In this document: positions 44,299 through 59,191 of the stretch, in pieces
Layout of the letters: every line of letters starts with the position of its first letter
How positions within the stretch are numbered: position 1 is the first letter of the stretch
NCBI GenBank assembly: GCA_964016885.1
Contig: OZ024759.1
Location: forward strand, 37,076,001-37,140,000
Direction: 5' to 3'
From: Eledone cirrhosa
Taxonomy: Eukaryota
Length of the DNA stretch: 64,000 nt
The notes under the pieces: generated by a model
Database searches by the model: none
The model's input: the letters and a program-made list of their open reading frames with translations, nothing else
Told to the model about the DNA's origin: nothing
Position numbers and translations under genes: made by a program

Positions 44299-44355
<57 letters not shown>

Positions 44356-44433
44356 TTATATGATATGTGAATTCTGGGTTCAATCGGTGGATAAGAATAG
44401 TGAGTGTAAACATCAGGTTTGATATACAAATGC

Positions 44434-44480
44434 TTTCCTTATGATTTCTTTTGAATGAAACAGTTCTAGTCCTGTAGAAG
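44434..44480 (+). ncRNA. Hammerhead motif with mutated core (CTGATGA>CTTATGA), same family as 3134
   Basis: tttc-CTTATGA-tttc tttt gaat-GAAA-cag ttctagtc ctGTA-gaag. Shares aacagttctagtcctgtagaa exactly with the 3134 copy. Confidence 0.5.
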
Positions 44481-44580
44481 AGGTATTTCTATATTAGACG
44501 TTATTTATATATATAACCACAGGGCGTCCACTTGCTGTACTGGTAATCAAAATCTGTATACATGTTTTGGGGGCCACCCC

Positions 44581-44635
<55 letters not shown>

Positions 44636-45463
44636 GAGAGAGAGATGTACATACACATTGATAGATAGGCAGACAAACAGTAAGAAAGTTTGTGTGAGTG
44701 TGTAGATTGAGTAAATGTGTGTGTGCCTCTGTGTGTGTGTGTGTGGTTTGTAAGAGAATATGTCAAGCAAGAATCACCTCTGATGAAATAAACCTGCTTT
44801 TTCAGGTTGAGTTGCTGATAGTCTTCTCAATATTCTAAATGATCTGAAGAATTGGTTATGTTCCAAAGAAGCTTCCAGTCTTCAATAGAGTCGTTAGTGT
44901 CAACGTTACTGTTAATACCCTAACCTTATTTTGGCAATGCCAAACCTCCTGGAACTCTTTTCTTCTCAGCTTTCTTCTCCGTTCACCACCTACTTATTTC
45001 TTTAAATTTTAATTTTCATACAATCTGTCAGTAAATATATACACATACATATATATATATATATGTGTATATATATACATATATATGTGTGTGTGTCTGT
45101 ATGTATGTATATATTTATACATATATATGTGTGTGTGTGTGTGTATATATATATGTGTGTCTATGTATATGTGTATATATATATATGTATATGTGTATAT
45201 ATATATATGTATATGTGTATATATATATATATATATGTGTGTATATATATATATATATATGTGTGTGTATATATATATATATATATATGTGTGTGTATAT
45301 ATATATATGTATATGTGTATATATATATATATATGTATATGTGTGTATATATATATATGTATATGTGTATATATATATATGTATATGTGTATATATATAT
45401 ATATATGTATATGTGTATATATATATATATATGTATATGTGTATATATATATATATATGTATA

Positions 45464-45506
<43 letters not shown>

Positions 45507-45527
45507 ATGTATATATATATATATATA

Positions 45528-45584
<57 letters not shown>

Positions 45585-45827
45585 GTGTATATATATGTGT
45601 GTGTGTGTATATATATATGTGTGTGTATATATATATATATATATATGTGTGTGTATATATATATATATATGTGTGTGTATATATATATATATATGTGTGT
45701 GTGTATATATATACATATGTGTGTCTATGTATATATATATGTGTGTATATATATACGTATATATGTGTGTGTATATATATACATATATATGTGTGTGTAT
45801 ATATATACATATATATGTGTGTGTATG

Positions 45828-45864
<37 letters not shown>

Positions 45865-45984
45865 ATATACATATATATGTGTGTGAGTCTGTATGTATGT
45901 ATATATATATGTGTGTGTGTGTATATATACACACACACACAAAGAGATCACTTTTATGTCTTTTTCACACACACACACACACAC

Positions 45985-46015
<31 letters not shown>

Positions 46016-46430
46016 TGTATGTGTATGTAAGACAACTTCATGCTTTTTTCTAATTTGTTTTTAGCTTCCAAACTATATCTACGTATGTATGCGTGTGTTG
46101 GTCCACGCCTGTATATATGTGTTTATGGGTTTCTGTTTCTCTGTGTGTGTATGCCTGACTGTTTCTCTGTGTGTGTACATGTGTATTTCTGTATGTTTGT
46201 GTGTATATGTCTGTGTGTATGTGTGTGTGTGTGTGTGTCTTTTAATCTTGAAACAGAAAAGTCAAGATTAAAAAAAGTAATTTTTCACAAACAAATAAAA
46301 ATAAATTAGATAAACAAAAAGACCCTAAATATAAACAACAACTATAACTATAACATACAAAAGGGGAGGGGTATATTTTATAGGTTGGTGTTTTCTCAGG
46401 GTTTCAAGGGCTAACACAGAACACACGCAC

Positions 46431-46473
<43 letters not shown>

Positions 46474-47415
46474 CATGTATATTTGTGTGTATATATATAT
46501 ATATATTATACATGTATATATGTATGGGTATATATACATATATTATACACACGTATCTGTGTGTGTGTATATATGTTTATAAGTATGCATATATATGTGT
46601 ATATATCTATATATGTGTATAAATCTATGTGTGTATATGTATAAATGTATATGCCTATATTGAAAAGTCAACAAGATGAAGAAAATGTCATCTTTGTACG
46701 TTTTCCTTGCCCCTCCTCCCTCCACTACCTCCACCACCCTCCCCATCCTCCTCCTACGCCTCACCCCCACCACCATCATCCAGACCAACCCGTCACGGCC
46801 ATATCTTTAGTTGAGTCAATAAAATGCCGGCCGACTTGTGTGTGTGTGTGCTGTAGAGCAGTAAATTACTATAGCAGATATAACAGTGGACAGACAGACA
46901 CACAGAGAGTCACACGCACACGCACACACACTCACGCACGTACGCACGCGGACATGCACATAGACACATACATATATTATATATATATTTTTTTTAATTC
47001 CGCGTTGAAAATATTTACCATAATTCCCATGATCCTTTGCGACCCACAGGAAAGTGCGCGAACATCCCAGCAATGTCGCTATACTATAATGGAGAACATA
47101 AAGGTGTGAAGGTCTTGATGTGTTAATAGAATAATCGATTAAGGAAATATCAAAGCTATTTCGTCACACATTCTGTGACCTACTCAGTGACTGGTTTCTT
47201 ATTTTGTGTCTCTCCTTTGTTCTGTCCTACACCATCTTGTTTTTGATAAAAGGACGTTGACAATATATAAACAACCATTCGATTTAGGAATAATATTCTT
47301 TTAATCTACAATACTGGGTTCGATTCTTCTACTACATTTATTTCTCACTTTAACTATCTCTCTCTCTCTCTCCTCCACTCTCTTTGTTAACACCCGTTCA
47401 TACACCTCATGTTAA

Positions 47416-47532
<117 letters not shown>

Positions 47533-47657
47533 TGAGTCCATTTATATATTGTCTTACTGTTATGTTTCGTTAGCTTCAGAAACTTGCTCAAGGTGACGTG
47601 TAGATGAATATAACCTGCTCAAGGTGACGTGTAGATGAATATAAGATAAAATGATCT

Positions 47658-47691
<34 letters not shown>

Positions 47692-47720
47692 ATATATATA
47701 TATATAATATATATATATAT

Positions 47721-47871
<151 letters not shown>

Positions 47872-48023
47872 GATGTGGATTTAAAACACATATCTACACC
47901 CACCCTTCATCACCTCATATATTGAGTACTCACATGATTAGTAGTCTCCTCGGTCTCTGCACCGCAGACTCTCTCTGTTTCTCTCCCTCTGGAGGTGATG
48001 TGCGGGGTCGTGCAAATTAAAAG

Positions 48024-48062
<39 letters not shown>

Positions 48063-48619
48063 CCTTGTATACACACACACACGTATATATATATATACAC
48101 ATAAAATAACGCTCAGTCCGACATATACACACATGTCATTGTATATTTGTACATTGCATGCATTTCACTAAGAATGAGATTGAAAGATGTTAAACTATAT
48201 TGATCTGTTTATATTTATATGCACTATTGGTTTACGGTTAATCGATATCGATACATTCATATATTATTTTCTATCTACATTAAACGCTTTTTAAACTGAT
48301 TGTTTTTCCTGTACATTTGTTAATGTTGTTGTCGTTGTTTGCTAGCAATCTCGTTAAATGTTTAAAGGTCTTTCCAGGTCTTTAGTCTTTAGCGACGTGT
48401 TTAACGTGTTTATTGTTTTGTATTTAATGTCTGGTGTGTTAACTGGTGTGTTTAATGTGTGGTGTGTTATCTGGTGTGTTATCTGGTGTGTTAACTGGTG
48501 TGTTATCTGGTGTGTATAACGTGTGGTGTGTTAACTGGTGTGTTTAATGTGTGGTGTGTGAACTGGTGTGTTTAATGTGTGGTGTGTTATCTGGTGTCTA
48601 TAACACACACACACACTCA

Positions 48620-48664
<45 letters not shown>

Positions 48665-48666
<2 letters not shown>

Positions 48667-48790
48667 GCCCTAAGGACAGACACTGGTCTCTTGGAGACGC
48701 AGGACATGACAGCGATAATGAGGGACAGAGACCGCTGGAGAGAACTCCCCCATGGTTCTCGGGAGTTTTACCCGCCCTAGATAGATAGAT
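48665..48790 (+). mobile_element. RTE-type LINE extreme 3' end
   Basis: Reads LRTDTGLLETQDMTAIMRDRDRWREL and ends in (AGAT)n. Homologous to 15410-15472. Confidence 0.6.
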
Positions 48791-48862
48791 ACATATACAG
48801 TATATATATATATGTGTGTGTGTGTCTATACTCCAGTTTTAACTCCCATTATTTCTACAAAT

Positions 48863-49050
48863 AAGGGCGGTGGATTGGCAGTATCGGTAGAGGGTCGGAC
48901 GCCATGCTTTGAAGCATAGTTACTTCCCTTTATGATCTGAGTTCAAATCCCACCGAGGTCAACTTTGCCTTTCATCCTTACAGGGTTGATAAAATGAAGT
49001 ACCAGTAATACACTGGGATAATTGCTGACCTTGTGCCAAAAGTAGAAAAT
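48863..49050 (+). mobile_element. Full-length tRNA-derived SINE (octopus-type family) with target-site duplication
   Basis: A-box-like tggcagtatcgg and B-box gagttcaaatccc. Body aactttgcctttcatcc..gtaccagtaa. Flanked by attatttctaca at 48848-48859 and 49049-49060. Confidence 0.85.
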
Positions 49051-49546
49051 TATTTCTACAGATATCACTCACTGGCTTCTGTATATTTTTACTGGGGAAC
49101 CTAAAATACCGATGTCTATTCATGTCACAACACAAGCCTTATCTCTTCACTGGAATTATGCTGGAAAATTATTTTTTATTACTTTATACCATTGCTATTT
49201 CCTGGCTGGCGCTGTTGTTGTTGTTGTCTTAATCGTTGTTGTTTTTGTCGGGGTTTTTTCTGTTGTTGTGGTTACTCTTCTAGTTGCTTTTGTTGTTGTC
49301 TTAATTGCTGGGGTTTTTTTATTGTAGTTTTTTTTCCTTGTTGTTGTAGTTGTCATTATTGTTATTGCTATTTTTGTGTTCATTATCGTTATTTTTGTTG
49401 TTATTGATGTAGCTGTTGTTGTTACTGTAGTTGTCGTTGTTTTTATTGATGCTGCTATAGTTGTTGTTATTGTTGTCGTTATTGATGTTGTTATTGTTAC
49501 TGTTGCCATATCTATATATTGCAAGCCACAGTGATAGTAGGTGTGA

Positions 49547-49837
<291 letters not shown>

Positions 49838-50538
49838 TAAGTTATTGGTTCTTTACACTGTGTGTGTGTGTCTGTCTGTCTGTGTGTGAGTGTATGGGTG
49901 TGTGTATATATATGTATATATATATATATATTTATAAAACTTTTGCTCTCAAATATAAACGAGAAAAAAACGCTAAAAAAATAAGAATGACAACTAAAAT
50001 ATAATAGTAAAAAAAAATCAATCAAATTTAATTACCAAAAAATATTGAAATGTGTTAATTATTGTAGATGTTGATGTTTCTCATTGATTTGCTTTTGGTT
50101 TTTCATTGTTTACATTGTTGTTTTTCACGTTAAATATTTCCCCTTCATTTTGATACTGCCTGAACACCCCTATCCTCTGTTAATGGGTCAGTGCGTGTGA
50201 CTTTCGAGTATACTTTTTTCACAGCTATAATTATTGAAAAAAGAAAAAAAAACATTTATTTTCTCTTGACTTTCGTTCTCGTTTCTATCTATTTTGTAAG
50301 ATAAATAATAGTTTATACTCTTCATAAATAATCATACTTTGTGTGTGTATTTGTGTGTGTATCATCATCATCATTGTTTAACGTCTATCTTCCACGCTAG
50401 CATGGGTTAGATGGGAATTGTCCCACTTGTGGCAAGATTGATTCGGAGACCGTGTCTCGGTCGTATAGGACTGTATCTGGCAGGTTTTCTACGGCTGGAT
50501 GCCCTTCCTTACACCAACCACATTTACAGTGTGGAAAG

Positions 50539-50710
50539 CCACTTATTCCTGAGAGGGTCGTGGTGACAGTCCTCAAGCATTCCTTTCAGTGGGTCCCTGT
50601 CAGAAGCAACCATCTCCAACTGATCCGGCTGGATCCCCAAACGAGACCAGCCAAGTTCATGGATGTTATCCAACCATCTTGCTCGGGGTCTACCCTCGGG
50701 TCTCCTGCCG
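50539..50710 (-). mobile_element. RTE-clade LINE 3'-end fragment
   Basis: Reverse-complement homolog of 41815-41989 (ccacttattcctgagagggtcgtg...catggatgtt..caaccatcttgctcg). Confidence 0.7.
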
Positions 50711-51401
50711 GTTGCTTTTGTCCGTAAAATCTGTCTAACAATTCTTAATCGAACCCCAATATTGAACTGATAATTATTTTATCGACCTCGAAAGAATGAA
50801 AGAAAATTTGACCTCGGTGAGGTTTGTACTCAGAGAGCCTAAAAAGCCACAAGGAATAGCGCCAAACATTCTACCCGGCGTTCTATCGGTTCTGATAATC
50901 AGCCACACATGTTTCCAATAGTCTTAGATGAATATTCCATAAACATTTGTAGCTTTTGTTTTATAAGATTCTCCAAGACACAAAGAATCTCTTGATATAT
51001 GGTTCCAGTTCCATCTTTACCATTTCCCAATACATTTCGGATATACAGCTGGATATTCCATTTGTTAGAAATATCCTAAAGTAGTAAATGTTTTAAGGGT
51101 ATATGTCACCAAGATTTGTAGGGATGGTGATGGTGGTGGGTTTCTTGGTGGTGGCGGTGGGGGTGGCTTTAGTTGATGACACCACCATCTTTAGTTAGGG
51201 TGGATAGATAACGTATAATTGATTCACCAAATTCTTTTTTTCAATCTCCAATACGAATTTTGTATGTAAATAAATCTGTATGTATATGTGTATGTATGAA
51301 CATATGTATATAAGTCTCTGTGTCTATATGTATGTATGTATATGTGTGAGAGAGGCATAAGCTTGAAAATGTTAATCCGGTGTTCACCTTTAACACACAT
51401 C

Positions 51402-51439
<38 letters not shown>

Positions 51440-51976
51440 CATACATACACACACGATCACACACACACACACACACATATATTCATAGATAGATAAATGT
51501 CAATCTGGAGATTAACCCCTTCTGACGAAGATGGAATATAGTTGAGCGGTAGGTGGGGGTGGGGGTGAAGGGGGTAGCTGATATGAATGGGGTGGGGTCA
51601 AGTTTATGGCGGTACAAGACAAAGGTTAGTGGGGATTATCTGGTTAAATCGGAAGGCTTGGTTTGACTCAGCTGTCATCAACTCTTGTCTATCCGGCTCT
51701 CGTTGACAAATCTTCATCTATCGAACAACAAAAACGAATATCAACAACGAAAAAATAAGAAAAAACAACAAAAATTAGCCACAACATTGACAAAGAGCCA
51801 TGTCATCAAAAATATTAGCAACAACAAAGACAACAAGGGCGATAACCACGTCAGAAACAAAAAAACGAAACAATCTCTAAAACAATAAGCCTAAAAAATT
51901 AAAGTAACGAAATCTATGTATATATTTTGTGTAAGTACGGACATATGTATGTATATACGCATGTGTGTGTGTATAA

Positions 51977-52043
<67 letters not shown>

Positions 52044-52106
52044 CATATATATATGTATATATATATATACATATACACACACATATATAAGTATACATAC
52101 ATACAC

Positions 52107-52150
<44 letters not shown>

Positions 52151-53069
52151 TTTCATCATATATTCTTCGTTGATCTTAGATCCACAAAGTAAAAAAATAA
52201 GATTATAGACAAGAAGAAGAATACGAAGAAAACGCCATCACCGCTACCCCAGATTAGGCAGGGGAGGGGGTACTTAATGCCGGTAAGTTAAATGGGTTTG
52301 AAGGGTGGTGGGAATGATGTGAGTTCTGATGTATATAGGGGTGATTATGGCCATGTTGATGTGGTATTGCGTTGTAGTAGTAGAAGTAATAGTGGTAGTG
52401 GTAGTGGTAGTAGTAGTGGTGGTGGTGGTAGCGGAGAGGACTGCGCTTTTTTTTCCTTTACCAGAGGGTGATTATTATTATTATTGTTGTTGTAGTTGTT
52501 ATTCTTATTATTTAATACATGTGAAGGCACATGGGTTAGTGGTTAGAGCACTGGGCTTGCAATCGAAAGGTTGTGAGTTCAATTCTCGGGCTGAGTGATG
52601 TGTTGTTTCCTTGAGCAAGACACTTTATTTCACATTGCTCCAGTTTACTCAGCTGTAGAAATGAGATAGGACTGGGGTCCCTCTCATTAAATCACCCAAG
52701 ACACCCTCAATGAGATGGAGGAGGCCAGCTAAACCTGTATAGGTGTGAGCTGTCACAACATCAACAATACATGGTGGTGGGTTGGCGGAAACGTTAGAGA
52801 CTCGGACAAAATGTTTTGTGGTTTCTAGTTCCGGCTTTCTCCGCTCCGAGTTCAAATCCCTCCGATGTCAACTTTGAACTTCATCCTTCTGAGTGTCGAT
52901 AAAATAAAGTACCAGTAATGAACTGGGGTCGATTTATTCGACTTTCTCCATCCCTATAAATTGCTGGCCTTGTGCCAAAAGTAGAAATAATTAGGGTCGG
53001 ATAGAAATAACTTGCGGTGTTTATACTGGCTCTTTACGTTCTGGGTTTACTTTACTTGCCTAGGTCTAC

Positions 53070-53597
53070 TTTACTGTGTACTAAAGTACTTTATACACTG
53101 TACTGTGTACTAAAGTACTATATATATACTGTACTGTGTACTAAAGTACTTTATACACTGTACTGTGTACTAAAGTACTTTATACACTGTACTGTGTACT
53201 AAAGTACTTTATACACTGTACTGTGTACTAAAGTACTTTATACACTGTACTGTGTACTAAAGTACTATATATACACTGTACTAAAGTACTATATATACAC
53301 TGTACTGTGTACTAAAGTACTATATATACACTGTACTGTGTACTAAAGTACTATACATACACTGTACTGTGTACTAAAGTACTATATATACACTGTACTG
53401 TGTACTAAAGTACTATATATACACTGTACTGTGTACTAAAGTACTATACATACACTGTACTGTGTACTAAAGTACTTTACACACTGTACTGTGTACTAAA
53501 GTACTATATATACACTGTACTGTGTACTAAAGTATTATATATACACTGTACTGTGTACTAAAGTACTATATACACTGTACTGTGTACTAAAGTACTT
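53070..53597. repeat. ~29-31 bp minisatellite, ~17 copies
   Basis: Unit tacactgtactgtgtactaaagtactatata. Confidence 0.95.
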
Positions 53598-53709
53598 TAA
53601 TTTGTATCTGTAATCCTTGTTCTCATGAGAACACACAGGGACCATATTATATATATATATATATATACTTTCATATATATATATATATATACACACGTGC
53701 ATACATACA

Positions 53710-53759
<50 letters not shown>

Positions 53760-53800
53760 GGTGTGTTTTGTGTGTAATACACATACATACATACACACAC

Positions 53801-53837
<37 letters not shown>

Positions 53838-53980
53838 GCGTTATAGTATAAATTTCTTTCGTTGGGTGGTCTACGTTTGTACATGTTACAGTATTGTGAC
53901 TGTAGCTGACCTTCGTAACAACAACAACTAGCACAATGATGACAATTGGAACCACTGCTTTGGTTGCCACACACAGTCAC

Positions 53981-54016
<36 letters not shown>

Positions 54017-54214
54017 CAGCATCAACAACATCAACAACAGCAGCGCACTAAAACAAACAGAAATCACAATATTTTAAAAGATGGTCTCTGCATGTGTCTT
54101 GAACTTTCACCTAACCAACCCCTTACCCCCTACCCCCAGAGCCTAGCAGACATGGGTGGGGCTATTGCAGCGTTATCAAGGGCAATGTAGTGCACTGTGT
54201 GGTCTGCCTAGAGG

Positions 54215-54361
<147 letters not shown>

Positions 54362-54442
54362 TTACATTTGCTTCGCTGTGACTCTTCCCTCACCGATACA
54401 GATGAATTACGTGCACGCACACACATACATACACACACACAT

Positions 54443-54487
<45 letters not shown>

Positions 54488-54639
54488 TTAGAAAACGTGA
54501 GAGAAAACACAAACACAAGGACAATTCCCGCTCATCAGCTGTCTTCTGAGGATCACTAATGTTTGGAACGTATTAAAGACAGTACATCTCACCACAGTAC
54601 TCTAATAGCTCAAATGGATAGCTCTCCGGGAAGAAACAC

Positions 54640-54795
54640 AACAAATTCCATGTGTCTAACACATGGGCATGCGTACAAAGTCAGAAAACAGCTCGGTTTT
54701 CATAACTTTCGGAAACAGTTTTTCATGCTCAAAGTTGCTGAAGTATGGAACACACTCCCTGCATCAGTTGTTAACGGCCGAGACACTGCATCTAC
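54640..54795 (+). mobile_element. CR1/L2-group LINE 3' fragment
   Basis: THGHAYKVRKQ..HNFRKQFFMLKVAEVWNTLPASVV matches the TRGH..R..FF...V...WN.LP..VV terminal motif of CR1-group ORF2. Confidence 0.75.
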
Positions 54796-54811
54796 CTGTT
54801 GTATGGGGTTT

Positions 54812-55180
54812 TACATACCCGAGTTCATTACCACACCAGACACCCAGTTACCAGCTGGAGGTGTTTATATACACCATCTCAGTAATCACACCTTATCCAC
54901 CCTTAATAGGGACCATCAGAAGTTTTATTTACCCAAGTACGTTACCACACCTGTCACCCAATTATCCCCCAGCAGGAGGTGTTTTTATACACGATCTCAC
55001 TAATTACACCTTATCCACCCTTAATAGGCACTGTCAGAAGATTTAATTACCCGAGTACCTCACTCAGTTAACCCCCCAGCAGGAGGTGTTTATATACAAT
55101 ATCTCAATAATTTCCCCTCACCCACTCTTCACAAGATTTATTTACTCAAGTTTCCCTTCACACCTGACACCCAGTTATCC
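54812..55180. repeat. Degenerate ~115-120 bp tandem repeat, ~3 copies
   Basis: Recurring ggaggtgtttatatac and cacaccttatccacccttaatagg. Confidence 0.75.
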
Positions 55181-55394
55181 CACCCGTAACAAGCACCGTC
55201 AGTCGTAAGTTTTATTTACTTAAGTATTTATTAATTAAACTGCCAGGTAAAATTGCGTTATATATGCAATTAGTCAATTTAATTTATTAAATTCCTTAGA
55301 AATGGTGCAGTGTTCCATTTGACCGTTTATAAGGGAACTTAGTCGATGTTGGGACCCCCAAACAGGATTGAAACCACTCAACACAAACCCTTAT

Positions 55395-55429
<35 letters not shown>

Positions 55430-55701
55430 GGCGTTTCCTTCAACTAACACACACTCATACACACACAATATGTGTGGACAGATGGTAAAACGATTCGGTA
55501 TAGCTGGGTAGACTAAATTGCTTCTGTCCAGAACAAGCTCACCATCACCAGCATCACCATCACCACTACCATCATCACCACCACCACCATCACCATCACC
55601 ACTACCATCATCACCATCATCATCTCATCAACATCGACACCTTAACCCACAGACTTTTTCATCACTGCCACCCGGATATTCATACATGTACGTACATGTA
55701 C

Positions 55702-55751
<50 letters not shown>

Positions 55752-56417
55752 ACACACACACACACACACACACACAACACAGATGGTGTGGTCGTTAATG
55801 TCATGATTTGGGGGTTGTGAGATGTCACTGGGTGTGACCTGGGTCTTTGACACTGATGAAGTGATGGTGGTGGGAGTAGTAGGGAGTAGTGGGAAGAGGA
55901 TGTATATTTGCTCTTGTTGTTGTTGTTGTTTACCCCCCCCCCAGCCCTCGTCCTAATCAAAGACAGTCCAGACATGACTTCTTCACCTCATTCTAGGATA
56001 ACACAGAAATATGGGCATCTTAGACATGACTGTGTTGTTAAGGGTTTCACTTCACAACATAGGGGTCGGTATAGCTGTGTTTTTAGGGAGTCATTTACCT
56101 GCTATGTGGTTCTTGGCTCTGTTTTACTGCCTAGCATCGTGGGGCGGTGTCTTACATAGTCTCGGATTGTGAGTATAATTTGGAACACACACACACAGTA
56201 TCATGTGGCCTTCTTTTTCCAGTTCAGTCTGAGTGATTTGAGCTTCTATTTCTAGCAAGTCAAGTGACCATCTACTGTCCGTCTTGAGTCCCCCTACTGA
56301 GCAGACAGAGGATTCTTGCACGTTCATGTTAATCGGGTTCTTAACCAGGTGGGTGGACTGCACCTGTTTACCAAAACATGTCATATATTTTGGCACGGGT
56401 AGGTTGTGTGGCACACC

Positions 56418-56603
56418 TCCAAAATATCTCTCCCTTCACCCACCTTCCTTACCCACCCCCAAAATATCTTTCCCTTCACCCACCTTCCTTACCCACCCCC
56501 AAAATATCTCTCCCTTCACCCACCTTCCTTACCCACCCCCAAAATATCTTTCCCTTCACCCACCTTCCTTACCCACCCCCAAAATATTTTTCCCTTCACC
56601 CAC
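56418..56603. repeat. 40-bp minisatellite, ~4.5 copies
   Basis: aaaatatctYtcccttcacccaccttccttacccaccccc at 56421, 56461, 56501, 56541, 56581. Confidence 0.95.
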
Positions 56604-56940
56604 CCCACTTTTTCTCATTAACCCCCGTCCTTCGCCGAACCAAACTGTCAACTCAGCATTTAAACCGGCCAGAATTCTCTAACCTCTTTCTGTTCAAACC
56701 AGCTGTAACTGGCCGCTCATACCTATGTTAAGGTATTGTTCTCAAAATATATAATATCAAAATCTTGTAGATTCAATGTTATGTGAGATATTATGTAAGA
56801 TAAAATGTTTACTGTGAAAATACAATAGTAAATATAGAGTAATGTAAATGTTAAAGGGTTAAAACCTCCTCATCACCATCACCACCAAGGGAGCCTTCCA
56901 AATAACATTGGCCCAGAAATGTTACATTTTAATCAATGTT

Positions 56941-56993
56941 TGCTGTCTGAGGAGATGACGATGTTTATCGTCATTGAAATATATATAACGGTG
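56941..56993 (+). ncRNA. Type I hammerhead ribozyme motif (minimal, Penelope/retrozyme-like), intact core
   Basis: tgctgt-CTGAGGA-gatgacgat(gttt)atcgtcatt-GAAA-tatatATA-acggtg. Stem I is 6 bp including G:U, stem II is 9 bp, stem III is short and palindromic, cleavage triplet AUA. Confidence 0.75.
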
Positions 56994-57055
56994 GCTCAAA
57001 TAATAACAGACTCCAACACCTTCAACTTCGCATTTTCATCTTTATATATATATAT

Positions 57056-57354
57056 ATGGTGGCTGCCAACTCGTTTTCGAGTACGGCCACTACTTTATAT
57101 CCATGTAGGAGAACCCTTACCGATGCGCTGAACGAGTGTGACTTTTCAGTCCAGCCAGCGACTTGAAAACTCTGGTACAAACACTACACTTGTGACAATT
57201 ACTGACACATACTGCTGGGCCCTTGGTACCACGTGACAAGTGCATAGGGATCTCCAGATATAAAGCAATGCCTGTGCCGTGAAGCTTTTATAGTGAGCAA
57301 AGGCACTGCACCCCCCCCCCCCCTCTTAACCAGGATGATATTTACCAAAAAGAA
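57056..57354 (-). mobile_element. 5'-truncated copy of the 59192 element, inverted
   Basis: Reverse complement of 59495-59800 with scattered substitutions and indels. Begins at a (TA)n tail. Confidence 0.85.
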
Positions 57355-57369
57355 CTATATAAATACACG

Positions 57370-57411
<42 letters not shown>

Positions 57412-57502
57412 CGTGTATTTATATTTATGTATGTGATGTTTTCTCACGGAATCGTACTATAAGACGATGAGACAAGAAAGATATATATATATATAGAGAG
57501 AG

Positions 57503-57533
<31 letters not shown>

Positions 57534-58539
57534 TTGTATATGAGTAAGGTGGGGGTGGCGGGTGAATTAGTACGCCATTCCAGAACTTTCGCTGAGAAAT
57601 GGTGAGGCGAAGTGTGGGGAGGGGATTCTTTGGTAGTGGGTATTGGGGTTAAGTTTTTTTCAATTGCTTTATTAAACTGTTGATGTTCTGTTTTACTAGC
57701 TTGCTTTCTGCTCCTGCTTCTTCTTCTGCTTCTTCTTTATTGTTTTTTTCTTTTTCTTCTTGGTGATATCGAGTCATTGAGCTGAAGCGAACCATAGACC
57801 ACACACACAACATACACACATATATAAATATGAACACACACACACAAATATAAACACACACACACTATCTTCACCCCTTCGCCCTCTCTCTTTCTCTCTC
57901 GCTCTCTCTCCCTCCCCCTCTCTCTCTCTCCTCACCCCTTCACCCTCTTCCTTTGAACAACCACTTTCTATCTTAGGGATTTTTATGGAGTTCTGCAATT
58001 CTCATTAACAAAATAAAAAGACAAAATATTGCAAATAGCTCCTGTAAGGGGCCGTATACTTTTATATGCATACATATACACACTCATTCATGTATACATA
58101 TACACACTCATTCATGTATACATATACACACTCATTCATGTATACATATACACACTCATTCATGTATACATATACACACTCATTCATGTATACAGATACA
58201 TACATACCTATGTATAAATCCATATATATACATATACATATATACATATATGTGTATATATATATGTATGTATATATGTGTATATTATATGTATGTATAT
58301 ATGTATGTATGTATGTATGTATATATATATGTATGTATATAGATATATGTATATATGTATGTATATAGATATATGTATATATGTATGTATATAGATATAT
58401 GTATATATATATGTATATAGATATATGTATATATATATGTATATAGATATATGTATATATATATGTATATAGATATATGTATATATATATATATGTATAT
58501 AGATATATGTATATATATATATATGTATATAGATATATG

Positions 58540-58602
<63 letters not shown>

Positions 58603-59191
58603 GTATATATATGTATATATATATGTATATATATGTATATATATATGTATATATGTATATATATATGTATATATGTATATATATATATATGTATATATAT
58701 GTATATATATATGTATATATGTATATATATATGTATATATATATATGTATATATATATGTATATATGTATATATATATGTATATATATATGTATATATGT
58801 ATATATATGTATATATGTATATATATATGTATATATGTATATATGTATATATATATGTATATATATATATGTATATATGTATATATATGTATATATATAT
58901 GTATATATGTATATATATGTATATATGTATATATATGTATATATATATGTATATATGTATATATATATATGTATATATATATGTATATATGTATATATAT
59001 GTATATATATATATATGTATATATATATGTATATATGTATGTATATATATATGTATATATATATGTATATATGTATGTATATATATATGTATATATATAT
59101 GTATATATATATGTATATATATATGTATATATATATGTATATATATATGTATATATATATATGTATGTATATATGTATGTATATATATATG

